Source of the DNA: a virus
Lineage: Duplodnaviria; Caudoviricetes
Reading direction: 5' to 3' (one strand)
Virus record (IMG/VR): IMGVR_UViG_3300014204_000120
Location: 64,001-128,000 of that record
Length of the DNA stretch: 64,000 bases
Of the stretch, positions 20,908 through 30,702 are shown in pieces. A model generated the notes under the pieces. It was given only the letters and a program-made list of their open reading frames with translations. It searched no databases and was not told the origin of the DNA. The position numbers were made by a program, and so were the translations under genes. Position 1 is the stretch's first letter. Each line of letters opens with the position of its first letter.

Positions 20908-22248
20908 ATGAAATTCAGCGAATACTATGTTTTAAATGAACTAACTCAAGTAGCTTTAAATAAAGCTATTACTAAGTTTGTTAAATCCGGTATTGAACAA
21001 ACAGACGCAGAACAAGCAGTTAAAACTTTTAATGATCTAACTAAAAAAAATAAGATTAAAAAAGGCATTGATATATTCTCATTGTCTTTTGACGAACTAC
21101 AACAACATATAACAGATGCAAGCGGTAAAGTCTCACGTAAAGAAAAATCACAACGAATTAAAGATAAAGATACTGAATATGTATACGAAGACGATAAAAT
21201 ACTTATAGTTAGCCCTAAAACTCATGAATCATCTTGTAAGTATGGCTCTGGTACTCAATGGTGTATAACAATGACTAGTCCTTCTTATTGGAATCAATAC
21301 TATCAAAAAGGTATAAAGATGTACTTTATTATACCTAAAAAACATACAAAAGCAAGTAAAGACGACGAAAAAGTAGCAGTTGCAGTTGATATTAATGACA
21401 ATTTTGAAATTTTTAATGCTAACGATCAAACACTTTCTAGAACTTCTTTTGAAAATTGGTTAGAAGAAGATGCTGAATCAGATGTTGAAGAAGTATTACA
21501 ATATTTACAACCATTAGATCGCGGTGAATATTTAGAAAGAACTCAAATAACAGAATCAGAATATGAAGATTTAACTGAAAGATGGCTAGAAGCTTTAGGC
21601 ATTAAAACAAAAGATCCATATTATGATACAGCTAAAAAAGATATATTACAAACATTAAATGATCATTATAATATAGAATTAGCATCAGAGTTAGAAAATG
21701 TTTCTTTATATGATTATGCAAGAGACGATTTAGATAGATTATTTTATGATGTTGATGCATCATTAGAAATGTTAGAAAATCAATATGGTATTGATTCAGA
21801 ATCGGCAAAAAATAAAGTTATATTATTTCCATATGTTTTTTATGGCGATTTACAATATGATGTTAAAAATGAAAATGAACCTTTTGATGATATCTATAGT
21901 GATAGATTTAATTGGGAATTTATAGACAATCTTTCTGTTGAGCAATTATTAGATCGTTTAAAGATAAATTTACATGATAAAGACGGATTAGATGATGGTA
22001 TTGTAAAGAATATTGAATTGTGGTTAACTCTAAAATATAAAAACAAACATAATGAATTTATATCATTTTTTGACGATATAAAAGAATATGCTTTAGAAGA
22101 TCCTAATCATGGTGGTAAAGTTTCTGATACAGTTTTAAATCAATTAAAACAATTATATGATAAAGTCGAAAAGGTCGAATATGGTAAACAAGACCATCCT
22201 AAACTTGATTTACAAGGTATATCATTTAAAGACTATTTAAGAATATAG
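20908..22248 (+). CDS. Hypothetical protein with C.YG.GT.WC domain
   Basis: SCKYGSGTQWCIT; acidic C-half shared with 22257. Confidence 0.75.
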   Translation: MKFSEYYVLNELTQVALNKAITKFVKSGIEQTDAEQAVKTFNDLTKKNKIKKGIDIFSLSFDELQQHITDASGKVSRKEKSQRIKDKDTEYVYEDDKILIVSPKTHESSCKYGSGTQWCITMTSPSYWNQYYQKGIKMYFIIPKKHTKASKDDEKVAVAVDINDNFEIFNANDQTLSRTSFENWLEEDAESDVEEVLQYLQPLDRGEYLERTQITESEYEDLTERWLEALGIKTKDPYYDTAKKDILQTLNDHYNIELASELENVSLYDYARDDLDRLFYDVDASLEMLENQYGIDSESAKNKVILFPYVFYGDLQYDVKNENEPFDDIYSDRFNWEFIDNLSVEQLLDRLKINLHDKDGLDDGIVKNIELWLTLKYKNKHNEFISFFDDIKEYALEDPNHGGKVSDTVLNQLKQLYDKVEKVEYGKQDHPKLDLQGISFKDYLRI

Positions 22249-22256
22249 GAGATAAC

Positions 22257-23942
22257 ATGTCTTTTTTAGATTTTTATGAACTGAATGAAGTAACTGCAGA
22301 TCAAAAATATGATCTTCAATATAAAAATAAGCTAGATCGTAATCAGTTTAATTTAGCAGTTGAATTGGATCCTACTTCTAAAGGTCAAGAAAAAGTTGGT
22401 AAATATGTAGATTGGATTATTAAAAACCAATTGTTTGATAAAAAACCAGAAGAAATAAAAGACTTACTATCTAAATATGAAAAGTTTAAAAGCAAACTAG
22501 AAATCAATCAACGTGATATTAATAAACTAAAATATGACGATGTTGTTGGAGCTATTGATACTTTAATTCAAAAAGGCGCTTTAGTTTCACAAACAGATAA
22601 AGATAAAGAAAGAAGAAAAAAAGCTGAAAGTGAAGCAGAAATAGCTTATCAAGACGATGATGTAATTGTAATAATACCTAAAACAATGTTTGCATCTCAA
22701 TACTTTGGTGCAGGATCTGATTGGTGTACTGCCAGACAAGACGATAAATCATGTATGTTTGATTCATATGATAGAGATGGTACTTTATATATTATTAAGG
22801 ATAAACACGATAATAAAAAATATCAGTTATTTGTTGATACTGAAAAAAAGCATTATGAATATAGAAACAGTCAAAATAAAAATATAGATCCTTTTCAAAT
22901 ATTTTCAGATTATAGTGATTTTATAGAATGGTTAGAAACTAAAGAATTTCCTAACCAAGGAAAATTAACAGAAGAACAAAGAGATTCAATAGCTCGTGGC
23001 ATATTAAACGGCTTAGATATAGACGATTTAACAGATGAAGAAGAAAAAGATGCACTTGACACAATTAAAACACAATTTTCAGCATATGAAGAAATGTATG
23101 AAGACGAAGGTAATGTAACAGATATGCACGAGGCAATTACAAATATAACAGATGAATGGGATTATTATTTTGAAAAAGTATTAGATTTATTAGAAAGTAA
23201 ATATGGAATAGATTCTTCAGCTAAAGAAAATAAACTAATATTGGTAAGTTATTTAGATAGTTTAAATGATTTATCGTATGATTTAGAAAAAAATAGAGAA
23301 CATTATTCAATAGATAGTTTTGATCCTGAAAATATTCATGAGTTTCAATGGAAGTATTTATCAGATATGGAATTAGACAAAATGATTGATAGTTTAGATA
23401 TAAATTTTGAAGATAATGAAGGTTTAGATAAAGAAACATTAAGCATTATAGAACAATGGCTAACTAGAAAATATAATACCGATCATGAAGCTTTTGTTAG
23501 TTTTATGGATGATTTAAATGATATAATTAATTCTGGTCCTTATAAAACATTTTTATCTAAAGAAATAGAAAAACAATTAAAAGATTTAATAGATAAAGTT
23601 GAAAAGGTAGAATACGGTAAAGAAGGTCATCCCGAATTAGATCTACAAGGTATATCATTTAAAGATTATCTAAGATTAACAATAAATGAAACTAAAAAAG
23701 GAAGCTCTAAAGCTAAAGTAAGAACCAGACCTAATCCTGTATTTGATTCAACTCATTCTAAAGTAAACGATAATAAAGATCACTTTCCTTTAGGTAATGC
23801 TAATCAAGCCAGAAACGCATTAGCTAGAGTAGCACAATATACAAGTAAACCTAAATGGTATAATGGAACTTTAGAAAGTTTAAAGAATGCTGTGAAACGC
23901 GCAGTTCATAAAGAATATCCTTTAATTGAGATAAGTGATTGA
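22257..23942 (+). CDS. Hypothetical protein with G.G..WC domain plus basic C-terminal DHFP..NQARNALAR domain
   Basis: SQYFGAGSDWCTA; C-terminal extension beyond the 20908-like end. Confidence 0.75.
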   Translation: MSFLDFYELNEVTADQKYDLQYKNKLDRNQFNLAVELDPTSKGQEKVGKYVDWIIKNQLFDKKPEEIKDLLSKYEKFKSKLEINQRDINKLKYDDVVGAIDTLIQKGALVSQTDKDKERRKKAESEAEIAYQDDDVIVIIPKTMFASQYFGAGSDWCTARQDDKSCMFDSYDRDGTLYIIKDKHDNKKYQLFVDTEKKHYEYRNSQNKNIDPFQIFSDYSDFIEWLETKEFPNQGKLTEEQRDSIARGILNGLDIDDLTDEEEKDALDTIKTQFSAYEEMYEDEGNVTDMHEAITNITDEWDYYFEKVLDLLESKYGIDSSAKENKLILVSYLDSLNDLSYDLEKNREHYSIDSFDPENIHEFQWKYLSDMELDKMIDSLDINFEDNEGLDKETLSIIEQWLTRKYNTDHEAFVSFMDDLNDIINSGPYKTFLSKEIEKQLKDLIDKVEKVEYGKEGHPELDLQGISFKDYLRLTINETKKGSSKAKVRTRPNPVFDSTHSKVNDNKDHFPLGNANQARNALARVAQYTSKPKWYNGTLESLKNAVKRAVHKEYPLIEISD

Positions 23943-23945
23943 ATT

Positions 23946-25391
23946 ATGAAAAAATCATTTTCAAAATATTACTTTAAAGAAAACGTACTAGATAATTGGG
24001 ATGAAATAAAACAAAAATATCCTAATATCCAAAACGCTATTGAATTAATGGATAAAATAAACAAAGCAGGATTTGAAGCACTAATGGTTGGAGGAGTTGT
24101 TAGAGACTTAGTATTAGGTAATGAACCAAACGACGTAGATATTACAACTGACGCAATACCTGATCAAATTGAAAAAATATTTGGTAAAGTTATAGATATA
24201 GGTCAAAATAAAAAGATGGGTGTCTCCGTTGTACCATATAAAGGTGAAAATTATGAAATTGCTACATATAGAAAAGATCAATTTAATGATTTAAGTAAAG
24301 GTAAAGGCGCTGATACTGTTGAACTAACTACTTCATTTAAAGACGATACTAGTAGAAGAGACTTTAAGATCAACCAACTTGGAATTGATAAGGATGGTAA
24401 TATAATAGATAATTGGGGTGGGTTAAAAGATATAAAAAATAAAGTAATATCTACTGTTGGAGATCCAAATCTTAGATTTAAAGAGGACCAGATCAGAAGT
24501 CTAAGAGCCGTTCGATTTTCTTCTAGATTAGGATTTACTATTAGTCCTGAAACTATTGAAGCAATGAAACAAAATGCACCTGAAATAACTAAGGTAGCTC
24601 CAGAACGTATTACAAAAGAATTAATGAAGATGGCCGAACAAAGTGGACCTGCATTTGCTGAAGCTATTATAACAATGGATAAAGTAGGTTTGTTACAATA
24701 TATATTACCTGAAATATTTAAAATGCATGAATTAGAACATAACAAAGAATTTCATCCAGAAACAGACGATGAAGGTAAACATACAGTATTTGGGCATGTT
24801 ATTCAAGCATTAAGATCACAACCATTAAAAGATAGTATTTTGAATTTATCAGTTTTAATGCACGACGTAGGCAAAATAAATACTCAATCTATTGATGATC
24901 AAGGCTTCATACATTATTTAAGACACGCACAAGAAGCAGATAAACTAATAGATCAAATAGCAGATAGACTTAAGTTTGATAATGAAACTCGCCGTAAAAT
25001 ACAATTTGCAGCTATTAATCATATGAAAGCGCACGAAATATTAGCAATGTCAAATAGTAAGATAGCAGAATTAATGAACAATGATGCTTTTGATATATTG
25101 ATTAAGGTAGCAGAAGCTGATGCTAGAGCAAGAGGTAAACTGTTTGATGATGTAGAATGGCAAAAGATATTATCCAAGATAAACGACATAGCTATTAAAT
25201 TCAAGGATAAAAAGGCTAAAGATGCCGTAAAAAAGGTAGTTAATGGCAATTGGGTTATGGGTTTAAAGGGTATAACAAAGCCAGGTCCTGAAGTTGGAAG
25301 AATTATAAATACTACAGTGGATTGGATTATAGATTCTGGTATTGATATGAATGATACTAAGGCAATAGAGGATTATATTAAAAGCATATGA
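23946..25391 (+). CDS. cca: CCA tRNA nucleotidyltransferase with HD domain
   Basis: VGGVVRD..LG..PNDVDITT, RRDFKIN, RFKED..R.LRAVRF, ERI..EL, HP..H..MHD. Confidence 0.9.
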   Translation: MKKSFSKYYFKENVLDNWDEIKQKYPNIQNAIELMDKINKAGFEALMVGGVVRDLVLGNEPNDVDITTDAIPDQIEKIFGKVIDIGQNKKMGVSVVPYKGENYEIATYRKDQFNDLSKGKGADTVELTTSFKDDTSRRDFKINQLGIDKDGNIIDNWGGLKDIKNKVISTVGDPNLRFKEDQIRSLRAVRFSSRLGFTISPETIEAMKQNAPEITKVAPERITKELMKMAEQSGPAFAEAIITMDKVGLLQYILPEIFKMHELEHNKEFHPETDDEGKHTVFGHVIQALRSQPLKDSILNLSVLMHDVGKINTQSIDDQGFIHYLRHAQEADKLIDQIADRLKFDNETRRKIQFAAINHMKAHEILAMSNSKIAELMNNDAFDILIKVAEADARARGKLFDDVEWQKILSKINDIAIKFKDKKAKDAVKKVVNGNWVMGLKGITKPGPEVGRIINTTVDWIIDSGIDMNDTKAIEDYIKSI

Positions 25392-25873
25392 TAAACGAAA
25401 AGTATTATTCTACAATGGAAGTAATAACTGGAGCTATGGAAGTCTTTTTGAATCCTACTATAGATGAAATTAAGGAAATATCATTGGCTGGTGAAGATAC
25501 TGATAATGAGTTTAGTTATAATAATCCACCGAGTCGAACACTTAGAGCTTTTATATTAGAAGATGGAAATGTAATAGCTTGGAATGAATATAAATCAGAT
25601 CATAGAGAAATGATTAAAAAGTTAGATTTGGTTAATAAGAAAGTTATACCAATATATATTTACATGAATAAAAATATGAAGTCAGCTGAGAATGTTGAGA
25701 TATCCGTTTGGTCTGGTGCATTATTAGGTTATAACGTTGATGATCCTGATGTTATGAATCAGTTAGAACGTAAAAAAGAAAGTAATCCTTATTTAGTTTC
25801 AATATTACAGGGTAAGGATTATTATGGTGAGTCATATCATAAATATATTGATTGTTATATTTTTAAAGGATAA
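25388..25873 (+). CDS. Hypothetical protein, paralog of 15851 domain
   Basis: EVFLNPT...RAFILEDGNVIAW...H. Confidence 0.7.
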   Translation: MINEKYYSTMEVITGAMEVFLNPTIDEIKEISLAGEDTDNEFSYNNPPSRTLRAFILEDGNVIAWNEYKSDHREMIKKLDLVNKKVIPIYIYMNKNMKSAENVEISVWSGALLGYNVDDPDVMNQLERKKESNPYLVSILQGKDYYGESYHKYIDCYIFKG

Positions 25874-25895
25874 ATACAGTTAAAGGAGTTTTAAA

Positions 25896-26141
25896 ATGAA
25901 AAAAAGTGTAAATTCATTAGTTGAAGCTTATAAAAGTAAGGCTAATTATTTATTGGAGACTGATGAAGAGTTAATGGAAAAGTTTGATGTGGCTCATATG
26001 AGATGCCCACATTGTAAATTAGATTTAGTTAAGCAATCTAATGCTATTGAAGTTCCGTCAGAAAAAGGTAAGACAAAAATAGGATTAGATGTAAGTTCGT
26101 GTCCTAAATGTGGATTTGTTGGTGATATAGACATTCAATAA
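25896..26141 (+). CDS. Small Zn-ribbon protein
   Basis: CPHC...CPKC; AAGGAG RBS. Confidence 0.7.
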   Translation: MKKSVNSLVEAYKSKANYLLETDEELMEKFDVAHMRCPHCKLDLVKQSNAIEVPSEKGKTKIGLDVSSCPKCGFVGDIDIQ

Positions 26142-26157
26142 AGGAGATTAATATAAT

Positions 26158-26493
26158 ATGAGTATTTTAACAGAACTGGGTTTATTAATTGAAGCACCAA
26201 AAGATGATGAAGTTGATACTGATGAAATTCTTGATGTACCTGAAGAGCCAGCTGAAGATATTGAAGTTCCTGAAGAAGAACCAGCTGATAAACATGAAGA
26301 AGAGGCTAATGTTGGTGAAGTTGGCGATTTATTAAAACATATAGAATCTTTACAGAACATTGTGCAAGATATAGATTCTAGAGTTGATATACAAAGTGAA
26401 GACGATCCTGCGTTTAGAGCGGAAATATCAATTCGTAAGGCTATTGGTGCATTACAGGATTTGTCAGATAAACTTTATAAGAAAACAAAGTAA
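26158..26493 (+). CDS. Acidic hypothetical protein
   Basis: RBS; E/D-rich; N-terminus ends LLIE. Confidence 0.7.
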   Translation: MSILTELGLLIEAPKDDEVDTDEILDVPEEPAEDIEVPEEEPADKHEEEANVGEVGDLLKHIESLQNIVQDIDSRVDIQSEDDPAFRAEISIRKAIGALQDLSDKLYKKTK

Positions 26494-26505
26494 GGAGATA
26501 CAACC

Positions 26506-27327
26506 ATGTCTTTTCTGAATGTATTAAAAGAAAAACTTCAAGCTCAACAGATTTGGGATGAGTTAAAAGGCAAGTATGAAATGCATTTTAATGTGAATGG
26601 AGTTGATTATGCGTTTATAGCTACTTCTGTTGGTGGCGATGTTAATGATGATACTATATGGTACTTAGAATTTGAAAACACACAAAGTCATAGATTAAGT
26701 AACGGTGATAATGATAAGAACGTTATTAAAGCTATGGTAGAAGCAGTTAAGACATGGGTAGAAGAAACAGGACCTTATTCATTCTTTACGCACGGTTCTA
26801 CTATTGAATCTATGAAAGCTGTTATTGAAGGTATTAAAAAGGCTGTTAAAAAATATAATGTTACTGATGATACTGCTGATAAGAAAGACGAACAAGGTAA
26901 TGTTATTGAAGGTAATCCAATAGGTAAAGTATCATGGAATAAAATGGCGGATGTTGAAGTAACACCATCAGAAGAAAAAGCAGATACTAAAAGTATTGAA
27001 TTTGAAAAAACATTTGAAGAACCTAAAGATCTTAAAACAACTAAAGATTTTACAAAAGGAACTTCTAAAACTGATAAATTAGATAAAGGCGATAAATCTT
27101 ATGAGCTAAAGACCGAATCTGTTGAAGTTGGTAAAACCGTTACAATACCTAAAGATCTTACAACGGATCCAATTAATAAACAAGGTAAGTCTGGTAAAGT
27201 TATTAAAGTTACTGATGATGTTGTAGAAGTTAAATTTGATGATAATAAAGTTGGTAAATATAAATCTGAAATATTTGAAAGTACTGGATCGTGGCAAGAC
27301 TTTAAAAATAAAAGAATAAATTCATAA
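26506..27327 (+). CDS. Hypothetical protein with C-terminal SH3/KOW-like segment
   Basis: MSFLNVLKE; VGKTV...GKSGKVIKV..DVVEVKFD. Confidence 0.7.
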   Translation: MSFLNVLKEKLQAQQIWDELKGKYEMHFNVNGVDYAFIATSVGGDVNDDTIWYLEFENTQSHRLSNGDNDKNVIKAMVEAVKTWVEETGPYSFFTHGSTIESMKAVIEGIKKAVKKYNVTDDTADKKDEQGNVIEGNPIGKVSWNKMADVEVTPSEEKADTKSIEFEKTFEEPKDLKTTKDFTKGTSKTDKLDKGDKSYELKTESVEVGKTVTIPKDLTTDPINKQGKSGKVIKVTDDVVEVKFDDNKVGKYKSEIFESTGSWQDFKNKRINS

Positions 27328-27337
27328 GGAAACTAAC

Positions 27338-28621
27338 ATGTCTTATAAACAATACTTAAAAAATTTAAAAGAAGCATCTGAACAAATTAATAATCCAGAT
27401 TATAAGTTTTATGTAGTGGCAAATGGTGTAATACATTCTGGTTGGGAATATATTGAAGATGCTAAAGATGATATAAAAGAGTTAGAAGAAAATGGACTTA
27501 AGGCCAGAGTATATCAGCGATTTGGTTTAAAAAAGCTAGGATTAAGTCCTGATAATAATAGTGATTGGGGTAATGCTTATAAGACAAATAAAGTTGAACA
27601 AAATGAAGGTATATTTGATGATAATGATTTTAATGATAGAGAAGAACCAGAAAATGTTGAAACAATTAAATATGAAAAAATTGAACCTATTACAGACGAA
27701 GAGGGAAGTACAGTTCATTGGTTTCATGATGAAGAAGTAGAGTTTACTGATAATATAGAACAAACAATTCAAAGTATTATTGATAATGGATACGAGGATT
27801 TTTTATATAGTGAATTAGGATCTGAAGAAGGAATAATGAGTCCTGATGAAAAGATAGTCTATTGGGGTAGTGATATTCAAGATTATTTAAGAAAACATAA
27901 AGTAAATGAGAATGAGAATGTAACGAAAATAGTAGATCCTGAAACTGTTAATCCTCAAGAAATTAATAAGTTAATAAAGGCACCTTATGTTAATGCTATG
28001 TTATCTACATTAGGTGGAAAGGATAGAGCTTCATTATTAATTAAGTTTTCATTAGATCCAAAAGAAAAATGGGCAAATAATATACTACAAAATTCTAGAT
28101 GGGGTATGTTTCATTTAAATAATAATGGTAGTCTAGAACTATCTCACGGAAAAATTAAATTTAGAAAAACAAAAGTTACAAGTTTAGAAGATGCAATTAA
28201 CAAAATTAATGCAGCTATAGAAAATCAATCTACAACGGAATCATGGCAAGAATTTAAAAATAAGAAACTAAATGAATGGGAAGACGATGAAATAGACGAC
28301 GAATTAAATACTTTGTTAGGAAAAGTTTCAGACGAAGATATAGCTAATGCTCCTTCTGATGATAACGAACCTGAAGAAGTTGAAGAAGACAAAACAACTA
28401 TTACTATTAATGAAATTCTAAATAAATTACAATTACTTGCTAGAAAGAAACCAATTGAATATAATAACATGATGACTGATTGGAGAGATTCGGTTCCACA
28501 TACCGGAAAAGAAGATGTTTTTCTTAAAAGTGATAAATTTCAAGGTTGGCTAAGAGATAGTGGCGAAGCTGATGCTTTTATGAAAGATTTGGCCAATAGA
28601 TGCTCTGGTTTGAAGTTATAA
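27338..28621 (+). CDS. Multidomain hypothetical protein with CTS-like N-terminus
   Basis: MSYKQYLKNLKE; internal SWQEFKNKKLNE. Confidence 0.7.
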   Translation: MSYKQYLKNLKEASEQINNPDYKFYVVANGVIHSGWEYIEDAKDDIKELEENGLKARVYQRFGLKKLGLSPDNNSDWGNAYKTNKVEQNEGIFDDNDFNDREEPENVETIKYEKIEPITDEEGSTVHWFHDEEVEFTDNIEQTIQSIIDNGYEDFLYSELGSEEGIMSPDEKIVYWGSDIQDYLRKHKVNENENVTKIVDPETVNPQEINKLIKAPYVNAMLSTLGGKDRASLLIKFSLDPKEKWANNILQNSRWGMFHLNNNGSLELSHGKIKFRKTKVTSLEDAINKINAAIENQSTTESWQEFKNKKLNEWEDDEIDDELNTLLGKVSDEDIANAPSDDNEPEEVEEDKTTITINEILNKLQLLARKKPIEYNNMMTDWRDSVPHTGKEDVFLKSDKFQGWLRDSGEADAFMKDLANRCSGLKL

Positions 28622-28648
28622 CTAAAAAATCAATTACATACCAATATC

Positions 28649-28677
28649 TTGACAATTCTATGATTTGAATGTATATT
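28649..28677 (+). promoter_or_regulatory. Sigma70-type promoter TTGACA-17-TATATT
   Basis: Perfect -35 and 17-nt spacer in intergenic gap. Confidence 0.8.
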
Positions 28678-28696
28678 ATAGAAGAAAGGGATAATT

Positions 28697-29335
28697 ATGG
28701 TCAATTTTAAAGAATACATTAAAAAACTTGAAACAAATCAATTAGTTGAAACTAGTTTGTCTAGAGTATGGTCTTATATGGAAAAGTATGAGACTGGAAT
28801 TATAACTGCTTTTAGATATGCTGAAGATTGTGGAAATGGAAAGAAATATAGTAGACACGAAAACAAACAACGTAATAGATCTTTATTGGCTAAGTTAAGA
28901 AATATGGGTTATGGAGTAACAGCTGTTCAAGGAACATGGATAAACAATGCTGGGCTAAAAAGTGCTGAAACATCTTACTTTGTTGTAGATATAGAAAATA
29001 TTGGAAAACTTAAAAATAATCTTATTGAGTTAGGTACAGAGTTTGATCAAGATGCAATTTTATGGATTCCTAAAGGTGGAAAGAATGCAGAAATGATTGC
29101 TACTAATCAATGTGAAAATGGATTTCCTGGACCTAATAAAGTTAAGATTTTTAGTGGAGTATACTTTGGAGATAAAGGAACCGTGTTTACTAGAGTTGGG
29201 GATAGACCATTTATATTTAAGGAAGATTTTATAGTTAAAGATATAACAATTCCTCCTCATGGTTTTATGGGAGTATTAGGTTGTAATACTTTTTCAAAAA
29301 TGAAATGGCAGAATATATCAGTAGATAAGGATTAA
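28697..29335 (+). CDS. Phage protein, ES.LSR...IITAFR family (paralog 1)
   Basis: ETSLSRV, GIITAFR, N..RN..L, LG.EF.Q.AI. Confidence 0.75.
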   Translation: MVNFKEYIKKLETNQLVETSLSRVWSYMEKYETGIITAFRYAEDCGNGKKYSRHENKQRNRSLLAKLRNMGYGVTAVQGTWINNAGLKSAETSYFVVDIENIGKLKNNLIELGTEFDQDAILWIPKGGKNAEMIATNQCENGFPGPNKVKIFSGVYFGDKGTVFTRVGDRPFIFKEDFIVKDITIPPHGFMGVLGCNTFSKMKWQNISVDKD

Positions 29336-29338
29336 TAT

Positions 29339-29986
29339 ATGAGTGAATTTAAAGAATATATTAAACAACATGAGTTAAATCCACTTGTTGAATCAGGATT
29401 ATCACGAATATATGATATGATGAAACTGCATGATTGCGGTATTATTACAGCTTTTAGAAGTTATGCAGATTGTGGTAAAGGTGCAAAATATTCAATAGCA
29501 GATAATAGAAAAAGAAATAAGTCGTTGTTAGCTAAACTTCAGGATAAAAGATACGGAGTTACTAATGTTCAAGGTGCATGGATTGAGAATATGGGAACAG
29601 ATTTTGAAAAGTCTGGTGCAGAAACATCTTTTTTTGTAGTTGATTTAAATGATAATGGAACTTTAGAAAAGGATTTACAATCTTTAGGAGAAGAATTTGA
29701 ACAAGAAGCTATCTTATGGATTCCTAAAGGTGGTGAGTCTGCAACTTTTATTGGAACTAATCGTTGTCCTAATACAAGAATTAAATACGGTGAAAAACAA
29801 GTTGTAGGTAAAAGATTTTTAGGTAAGAAAAGTGAATTCTTTACATCTATTTCTAATAGACCATTTGTATTTGAAAATATTAAAGATATACATGAACTTG
29901 TATTACCTGAAGGATTTTTTAGTCGTTGGGTCTGTAATTCATGTGCTAAAAAGAAATGGCAGGATATGAAAGTAGAGGAAAATTAA
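29339..29986 (+). CDS. Phage protein, ES.LSR...IITAFR family (paralog 2)
   Basis: Closely similar to 28697 over full length. Confidence 0.75.
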   Translation: MSEFKEYIKQHELNPLVESGLSRIYDMMKLHDCGIITAFRSYADCGKGAKYSIADNRKRNKSLLAKLQDKRYGVTNVQGAWIENMGTDFEKSGAETSFFVVDLNDNGTLEKDLQSLGEEFEQEAILWIPKGGESATFIGTNRCPNTRIKYGEKQVVGKRFLGKKSEFFTSISNRPFVFENIKDIHELVLPEGFFSRWVCNSCAKKKWQDMKVEEN

Positions 29987-29988
29987 TT

Positions 29989-30699
29989 ATGGACTATAAA
30001 AATTTTATAGATTGTAAAAATTTATATCAATTAGATTATTATGGAGAAACTATAAGAGTTTTTAAAGGGCTAAAGCTTTATGAACAAGGATGTCCAAATT
30101 TAAGTGTTATAAGTGAATCTTCATTAAGTCATATATTAGATTTAATGCAAAAACAGACATTTGCTATAATTTCCGCGCATTTAGCAATGTTTGATCGTAA
30201 AGAAAACATTTTAAGAAATAGAAAATTAAGAGCTATATTTAATAATGCTAAAATGGGAGTTCATTCATTAATAGGGCATTGGAGAGAATGTCAGTTAAAA
30301 GGTACAGATAACAATCCAATTAAATATCAAGATTGTCCTGAAAATAAATTAGTTGATGTGATTGAAAGAAGTTATTTAGTTATTAAACCAAATAATATGA
30401 TTTATGATGATTTTGAAAATCTTATTCGTGACGCTATGACTATCGACGGAGAAGTACAAAACGGAGTAATTATTAAAAATGCAAAAGGCGATTATGTTGT
30501 AATGGATAAACAAGGAGTTAAATTTAAAATTGGAAATAATATTAAACTTAATAAAATAGCTCAAGCATATTCACAACACATTAAAAAACAAAATGTTCCT
30601 TTTATGTTTGAAGGTTTAGAAGTACCAAATGGGTCTATAATGTCATATCAAATATGGAACAATAAAGAACAAAATTTTAGATATGATAAGGTGGATTAA
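29989..30699 (+). CDS. Phage protein, ES.LSR family (paralog 3)
   Basis: ESSLSHI, AIISAH, ENILRNRKL, ERSYLV; start moved to ATG 29989. Confidence 0.7.
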   Translation: MDYKNFIDCKNLYQLDYYGETIRVFKGLKLYEQGCPNLSVISESSLSHILDLMQKQTFAIISAHLAMFDRKENILRNRKLRAIFNNAKMGVHSLIGHWRECQLKGTDNNPIKYQDCPENKLVDVIERSYLVIKPNNMIYDDFENLIRDAMTIDGEVQNGVIIKNAKGDYVVMDKQGVKFKIGNNIKLNKIAQAYSQHIKKQNVPFMFEGLEVPNGSIMSYQIWNNKEQNFRYDKVD

Positions 30700-30702
30700 A
30701 TT

